A stretch of 64,000 bases of DNA from Methanobacteriota archaeon (lineage in GTDB: Archaea > Thermoplasmatota > Poseidoniia > Poseidoniales > Thalassarchaeaceae): assembly GCA_018654845.1 (NCBI GenBank), contig JABIKU010000011.1, positions 29,596 to 93,595 of the forward strand. Direction: 5' to 3'. How positions within the stretch are numbered: the first letter of the stretch is position 1; every line of letters starts with the position of its first letter. The notes beneath the pieces are model-generated. The model searched no databases and was not told the origin of the DNA. It saw nothing but the letters and a program-made list of their open reading frames with translations. The position numbers were made by a program, and so were the translations under genes. Below are positions 1 to 7,900 of this stretch, in pieces.

Positions 1-2
1 GA

Positions 3-1385
3 ATTCGCAATGGTCTTGAACGTCGGGCGACTATGAGTATTTTTCGAGATTCGAAAATTGAGTTAGAAGAATTTCTCGGTGAAAAAGAAAAAGAAGCTAA
101 ACAATTGGATTTAGACACGGATCAAGGTTCTTTGAATATTGAGGGAATACGCATCGCTAAACGACAAATGGACCGATTAATGCGAGAAATGCGGAAATGG
201 TATGCTGCCAAACAACGCGAATTAGAATTATCCAAAAAAGACGATTTGCGAATTTCAACTAGAGAATTTATCGATGAAATCAATCATATATTGATGGAAT
301 CGATAGAAGCCGACCGCTCAAATAACTTCAAGATGCTGAAATCATTAATTCAACAATTATTCAGAGTTCGTGTCGAACAGGATGATTCGATTGCTGATAA
401 TGAAAAGGAAATTGCTTCAAATCGCTTGGCTTCAATGCTAAACATTTGCCTTCAATTTATCGACAATCCAGCTCTAGTTTTAGTCTTCGATATACTAGGG
501 GAAGATGGGCGTGTTCGCAGTTTCTTACTCGACCCGGGCGTGGTAAGCTCAGAAATTTTCGAAGAGACAAAAGGTTCTATTCTGATGTCTGGAACTCTCT
601 TTCCTCCTGCAATGTACGCTGATCTTTTGCAAATTCCAAACGACCGGCCTAGCATTACAAAAGAGTATAGTTCTCCATTTCTTGGAGACCGCCGTCCGGT
701 CTTAGTTGCAAAAGACGTTACGACAAAATATACTGACCGAGGATTAGTAAATACAAATCGAATCAGAGATCATATAGAAGCCGTGGTAACCGAAACCCCA
801 GGTCACGTGGCTCTATTCGCTCCAAGTTATGCTATGCTTCGTGAAATAGCTGGTGAAGATTGGAGTTGGTTACCCGGCTTCGGCATTCAGGTCATTGAAG
901 AAACTCAACGAATGTCGAAACGACGAGTGAATGGTGTTGTCGATAAATTGGAAATTCGACGACGAGCAGGATCTAGGGTTCTCCTCGCCGGTGTACTCAG
1001 TGGAAAACTCGCTGAAGGAGTTGATTATCCGAACAATATTCTCGACGCAGTCATCTGCGTTGGTTTACCACTTCCACCACCAAGCGCTCGACAAGACGCG
1101 CTGAAGAATTACTACACTCAGCGCTACGATAGTAATCGCGCTTGGCGTTACACAAGTTTCCAACCTGCAGTGAATAGCTTGATGCAGGCATTGGGTCGAC
1201 CAATACGCAAAGCCGAAGATAGAGCCATTGTTGTTTTACTTGAGAAAAGGTTGTTTCAACGTCAATATCGAAATTGCCTACCTAATGATATGGCTTTGAT
1301 GGAATCACCAGATAATAATCGGACAAAACGTCATACTCGCAGCTTCTTCAAGCGTTTACCTAAACCCGCCATCGAGAAAGAATGA
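3..1385 (+). CDS. XPD/Rad3/DinG-family ATP-dependent DNA helicase, C-terminal part (5'-truncated by window edge)
   Basis: Frame is open from base 3 (IRNGLERRATM...). SF2 helicase C-terminal motifs: ILMSGTL, GHVALFAPSY, GKLAEGVDY, VICVGLPLP, QALGRPIR. Confidence 0.85.
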   Translation: MRNGLERRATMSIFRDSKIELEEFLGEKEKEAKQLDLDTDQGSLNIEGIRIAKRQMDRLMREMRKWYAAKQRELELSKKDDLRISTREFIDEINHILMESIEADRSNNFKMLKSLIQQLFRVRVEQDDSIADNEKEIASNRLASMLNICLQFIDNPALVLVFDILGEDGRVRSFLLDPGVVSSEIFEETKGSILMSGTLFPPAMYADLLQIPNDRPSITKEYSSPFLGDRRPVLVAKDVTTKYTDRGLVNTNRIRDHIEAVVTETPGHVALFAPSYAMLREIAGEDWSWLPGFGIQVIEETQRMSKRRVNGVVDKLEIRRRAGSRVLLAGVLSGKLAEGVDYPNNILDAVICVGLPLPPPSARQDALKNYYTQRYDSNRAWRYTSFQPAVNSLMQALGRPIRKAEDRAIVVLLEKRLFQRQYRNCLPNDMALMESPDNNRTKRHTRSFFKRLPKPAIEKE

Positions 1386-1427
1386 ACGACGGGTTCATGC
1401 GGGTCAGATATTTCGAAGGGTTGTAAG

Positions 1428-1892
1428 ATGGATTGGGTCACACAAGATATCGCGCTTCCTTCGCAGGAATTGAGCATTCCTTCTCTGGTAAAGTCAAGTC
1501 TTGGTTTCGATGTAACCGCAGCCGAAATGCACGACCAATTTCTTACAGACCTACCACATTCGGAAATAATTGTAAATCATCAAAATGTAATTTCAGATGT
1601 GTTGACGCCTATCGAATCAGCAAAAATGAACATTCGTGAAATTATGCCATTGGATGAAATGCTTCGTGAGTTCAATGGCGACAAAGACGAAGTTGGAATT
1701 AGGTTGGAATTACCATCGGCTAGCCCAACCGAAATCATCATCAAAACCATGATCGATGAAAATCAACAAATCGTGCGGGTATTGGTTCCAGAACGATTTG
1801 GTGGATTATTGCGGACATTTAGAATGCCAATTGACAAAGAAATTTCGACAATTTCGTGGGAAGATGGAATCCTCTCACTCATGATGGATTGA
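1428..1892 (+). CDS. Hsp20/alpha-crystallin-like domain protein
   Basis: C-terminal half resembles alpha-crystallin: IRLELP..., ERFGGLLRTFRMP, WEDGILSL. N-terminal half not recognised. Confidence 0.5.
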   Translation: MDWVTQDIALPSQELSIPSLVKSSLGFDVTAAEMHDQFLTDLPHSEIIVNHQNVISDVLTPIESAKMNIREIMPLDEMLREFNGDKDEVGIRLELPSASPTEIIIKTMIDENQQIVRVLVPERFGGLLRTFRMPIDKEISTISWEDGILSLMMD

Positions 1893-1937
1893 GCAGAAAA
1901 ATTGTGAGTGCGCTGTGTCATCTACCGATTCTGAACT

Positions 1938-4900
1938 TCACTGTTCAGGGTCGATTTGAATGAAATCGTCTCGAACTGGAACTTCTTGTAATTGATCAAT
2001 TTCTTGCAGAACCGCATTGAGAGAAATTTGGGCATTCTGTCGGTGACCTTCACCGAGGATATGACTTGAATATCGCGCTTCTTCGAAGATTCGGTCTAGT
2101 GCGATTAGGGATTGTTCGCTAATCGGTAATGCAGCGCGAATCGCCATCTCAAATTCTCGAACTGTCTCAAAGTCGCGACGAAGGAATCCACGACGCATCA
2201 AAATCTGGCAGAGACTTTCATAACAATTGAATATCGCTTCACGGAAAGCATCGCCAGCGGCGAGTAACTCTGCAGTATAGCTGAATACCCCGGCCAAATC
2301 ATCGAGGGTCGCTTGTTGACGACGACGATACATCATTCCACCACCAATTAATCCAACGAGTATGAATACAATTAGTAGCCCGAATAATATTGGCGTCATC
2401 AAAGATGCTTTCTCCGCAGGCTCATATTCGATTTCTAATCCACCGTGTTGGGTAGCGAGCCATGTTCGATTCGATGGATCGACAAATGTCGAATCGGTGC
2501 TAAACATAATCTTCAATGGGCCCCAGAATGATTGATCCCATAGAGGTGGTAATGGTTCGACCGCCTTGAATTCATAGGCAAATATACCGTTCTCGTCTGT
2601 CATCATTGTAATTTTTGGCAATAGGCTCAATCCCGATGTTGAATTGATTAATAATGCCGAAATTGAGATGTTTGCAACAGGCATCAATGTGTCTGTAGCA
2701 GTTACGTTTATCGTTCCACGAATGATTCTAGTATCCTTACCTACATATTGTGAATCCGGATTGAATCGGAAATTCACAGGCACCATCATTCCTACTGAGA
2801 AATCAACTTGACCAAAGTTCAGATATCTAGCAGAATCTGCTTCAACCTCAACCCACATATCAATATCGCCTGGAGGCATTGGATAATGTGCTGGTGAAAT
2901 GATTCGGAAATGGCCAGTTGCTTCATCCCAAGTTATCGTTGCAGGTTCAGCACTAGTCGAGGACCAGTGGAGAGTGACAACCAAGTCCTCGAGAATATTA
3001 CCCTCACCACCAACTTCGAGAATTCTTCCTTCGATCTTAATTGGGTGCTCGACATCACTGCGAATTATCGTATCTGCAACCCATAAAATCTCCAATGTAA
3101 TATCGGCTTTGACAAATACGGTCATATTGTAAGCAATAGGGAGATAAAAGGTCTCACCGTCGAAAACAACTGAAATTTCGTGTCCTCCTCGTGCAATCGT
3201 ATATCCTAATTCATGATTGAATGAGAACGTTCCATCGATGCTAGTCGTAATAGTTTCGATTATTTCTCCATCCAAAAGAACAGAAAACTCACGATCTTCA
3301 AGACCGGGGTGGCCGGATGAATCATCATCGAAGAGTCGCCCCGAAAAATTCCAAACACCGCCACGCGTAACGACCGATGAGTCGACTTGTAGAGTAATTC
3401 CAGAATGATAAGCAATCGTTAGATTGGTTTCTATTTGCCCTTCACGATAGTAACCTTGTTGTGGGGCTTTTACTGTAACCGTGTGAACACCGACATCGAT
3501 AAACTCTGAAACAACCCAATTTAGAACCCAATAGCCATTCTCATCGCTAGTGGTAATTCCGATCAAAGTTCCATCGATGAAAATCTCTAGTGAATGATTG
3601 ACAATCATACCATTCGGCATATTATCGCGGACGGTACCGCTCAATCTTAGAGTATCACCGACAGCCGATGGTTCTGGAGAGAATACAGAGACTACAGTAG
3701 GGGCGAAGACGATGAAAATCGTCGATGAGTTCGAAGCGAGAATAAATTCCTCGCCTTCGTACTCGATTTTGACAATCCTTGGACCTAATTCCATATCTGG
3801 TGGAACTGGAATGTATAGACTGAATGAGCCATTTTCATCAATATTCAGGCCGGTCAGTAATTGATCGTTCATGTAGACATTGACGTATCGGTTTGGCAAG
3901 ACTCGACCTGAACCATCCGTTAACAATCCCTCGATGAGCAATAATTGGTTTCGGTCAACTTCACCCGGTGGTGTCGTCAGAACGACTTGTGAGGTTTGTG
4001 TTACGTTGAATTCCATATTAAACGTAGAAGAAAGATAGAATTCTGGATTTAATGAATCTCCTTGACCCATAGGGTCAACCCAAGTGAAACCACCTAGGAA
4101 GTCAACCCTGACCTGGTGAGCTCCATAATCCGAATCTAGTGGCAAACTGTAAGTAATCGACCATTCTCCAGTTGTAGAGTTGCTCTGAGTCGAATAAATC
4201 GGTCCAACATCCACTCCGTCAATAGAAAGGTGAATGATTCCGCCATGTACTTGACCATTTTCCAACAAAGCATTTCCATGTTCGTCGAGTAATGTTCCAT
4301 GGAAAGTGATGGATTCTCCAGCGATTGCAGAACCACTAAATGCTGTTAGTTCTAGAACCGAAGGTGCCAGAATAACAACTCTTGTAATAGCTTCATCACC
4401 GACCAATCCGGTCGTGCCATTGAAACCAGCGAAAACAGCACGAATTTCCATTGAGCCAGCCTCACGATTTTCATCGATGAGAATAGTTGTATTGGCTAGT
4501 CCGAGTGAATCAGAGAATACACTCGTCGTGAATAATTCATCAACATAAATATCGATTTGTGCGGCGGGTACAACACCGCCTGCATTGTCTATCAGTGAGA
4601 AGTTCATGCTGAGATTATCACCGCGGACAGTACGCTCATCAGGATCTAAATCAAGTGGATTGATGATAGTAATGAGTGAATAACCGCGGCTATCGAATGT
4701 TCCATTTTCGACGCTCAAACCATAGTAATTGACAGTAGGGGTGAAGGTCGCTTCGATATTGTGAGAACCACGAGGGAAGGTGAGATCTAGGCGAATATTC
4801 GCTAACCAAGAACCATTCAAATCAACTGAACTTGAAATAATTTGGAATGTGTTGCTTTCCCCGTTAATCATAAATGTCAAACTTGGGGCAAGAGTATTTC

Positions 4901-7900
4901 CGGCTCTGTCGATAATAGCGCTGCCATTACTAGAGGTCAGAGTACCACTTACATTGAACGAGTCGCCTGCTGCCGGATTATCTAAAATCGGGTCAACGGT
5001 AATGAATGTTTGAGATCTAATTGTAATCGTTGAAATCAGAGTCAGTGTATTATGAAGTGTATTCGAACCATTATAGTAAAGAATTACACTTACTAATCCC
5101 AATGGATGATCGTGAGGTATATTGAATGAGAAATTGACATCTCCTACACCGTTCGTAACCGATTCACTCATCCATGTATCGTGGAAAATTGCCGAGATAT
5201 TCATGCCCGCTAAGTTTCGATCGCTATCACTCGATTCAACCAATTTAGCACTGAAAACAATTGTATCGCCTCTATCTACAACCATGTTGAGGAATGGTGT
5301 TTTGTCGCGGAATGCAGTAACACCTCGGACAAGAATTGTATCGTTACCCGTACCGGTTAGGTAAAATGGTGTACTGCCGTTGAGGACACTCACAACCACG
5401 GTTTTGATACCACTCGTAACCCCATCACCAAATGGGTCGGTGGGGACAGTAATATTGAACGTACCATTATTCGAAGTTGTATGAGTAGAAATTAATGTCT
5501 CACTGGGGTCGTCTAAGAAGAATACTTCGACGGCCATCGGGCCGTCGACGGTTCGATTTGCATCAATTGCATCCATCACTTGACCACTAACGATGAATGT
5601 TGAACCGGCGGTCACCTCAGGTGCGAGTGGATCGAGATCGATATAGCTCGCAACTTGAACGGTCAAATTTGATGAACTCTCGTTCCCTAACCATCTACCA
5701 GCATTTGGAACAGTTAGATTGTCAGTAATATCGTCTGGTGCGTGAACGCGAACCGTGTAGTATCCTGGAGGAGTATCAGCAGGGATTGTTGGACTAAATC
5801 GAACGACACCATCAGCACCAGAAAGATCTGATTCTAACAATTGTTGTAATGGACCGCCAAAGTCAAAGTATAGATTTGCAGATGCATCTGGTATAGGAGA
5901 TTCATCTTCGACATCAGTAATTGTTGCATTTATTATCATTACTTGACCAGCTACTACAATCAATGAAGTCGGTGCAGATTCGACGATATATTCTGTTTGT
6001 ATTCCAGCATCGACTTTATCTGCATCGGAAACTGAGTAATAATGACCACCAGCAGGTGCATTTACAGTAAAATCGAGGAAAACTCGTAGTACGTAAACAC
6101 TTGAGCCAACGCCTATAGGCATCGAGAATGTCAGATTGTATTCACCTGTGGCATTGTTAATCCAAGTTGAGCCAAGCCTATGAATTACGGGTGGAGCAGG
6201 ACTACCATCAGGCAATGGAGGTAAATCTGAAGGGACTTCTAATTGAACTGTAACTGAGGAGTTATTACCAGTAATTACCGTATTCAAAGCTTTATCATTA
6301 GCATGCCCAGACACCCAATTTGTAGTGCCACGGGGAGTCCAATCCGAACCAAGATTTACAGTTGCATTGGCTCTGCCTTGAATTCTTACAAGATCAACAA
6401 CACTTGCTGGGTTGAACCAAGTCGAACCCGAATAATTCAGAATCCAAGAATAATCGCCAGCTTCAATATCGGTTGGAATCATCCATTCCGTAGCTATTCG
6501 GGGAACGGAGGGGTCAGTTTCATTCCAAACATTCTCACCATCGAAATCCAAGAGATATGTCCCAAGGAAATTAGCCACAGAGGTATCCGTGTGATCGGTT
6601 AGAATTACTTCCACTTCGGCCATATTGCCACGAGATTGTAAACCGAGAGTATAATTGAAATTCACATTACTACGAATACCATGTTCAGTAAGGTATGTCA
6701 CCTCATCATTAGCGAACAATCCCTCTGCATCGAATTGGAATTTTACTTCTACAAACCCAGCAGGAATTGGCACATCACTACCCAAGAAAGCCCATGACAA
6801 TTCAAAATCACCAGGGGTTGTTGTCCAGTTAGAATCGTTCAGATACCATGTCGCAAGTGTCACATATGGACCATTAGTATTCGCGCGACGCATTTGGAAA
6901 TATAGAGTTCCATTAAGTGATTCAGGAGAGAGGCCCCGACTCATAGCTGAACCGTTGATGTAGACTGGCGAGTCGATGTCGAGAAATGTATTGTTTATCC
7001 CTTGAGCTTCGAGAACAACCGATAGATTCGGCGAGGGAGTAATATTGAACATGAAGGAGAAAGTAGATGGTCGAACATGGTATTCAGGTGTTGAAGCATT
7101 GTTCAAATCATCTTCATGCCAGCCAAGGAAAGCCAATGATGCGTTGATCAAACCAAGAGGTTCAGCATCATCGATAGGAACTGAAAATTCATAATAACCA
7201 GAAGGTCCTATATCAGCAATCAAATTTTGTGGACCATCTACAGAGGTTGTATAATTCAAGAGAACCTGCATATTATCAACGACAGAAGGGTCTGAAAATG
7301 GTGAATTTTCCCAATTCATCTCTCCTGTAAAGGTGGTATTGACACCAACACCCAACATCGGTTCTGTAATAGGTGGTGGTGAACTAATTGACATAACTGA
7401 ATCATCGGTGATATTCATTCGCCAAACGAATGAAATTCCTTGTACGCCAACGTATGCTTTCTGATAAACATGTAAAACGAGTGCCCCATATCCAGGATTT
7501 ACAGGCTCGAGTGGAGTGCCATTAAGATTGAATGAACCATTCAGGTCGGTCATGCCGCTAGCAATTAAGTGATTTTCAGTTGCAGCAGGACCAGGTACAA
7601 GAGCGGTTTCATTACCCTTGACAAGGTAAAGATCGATTGTAACATTCTCAGCAAAAGTGCCATTCTCCGCAAATTGAAGAGTACCATTCAACCAAATTTC
7701 GCTACCATTCAAATCGCGATCGAAAATTGTAGGGCCCCATTCTTCATTTACGACTTCAACGAGTGCTTGTGGAGGACAGGCCTCAAATGGAACCCATCCT
7801 ATCGTCTCATTCCCTTGATTGGCATTAGTCTGCAAGTGAACTTCAACCCAAGTTGTGAAATCACTACCATAGACTTCGAAAGCTTTGCCATTCCACGTCC

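Noticed and set aside
1-6. GAATTC (EcoRI site) at the first base
   Set aside because: Likely a clone-insert boundary; technical rather than biological, and it explains the truncated helicase.
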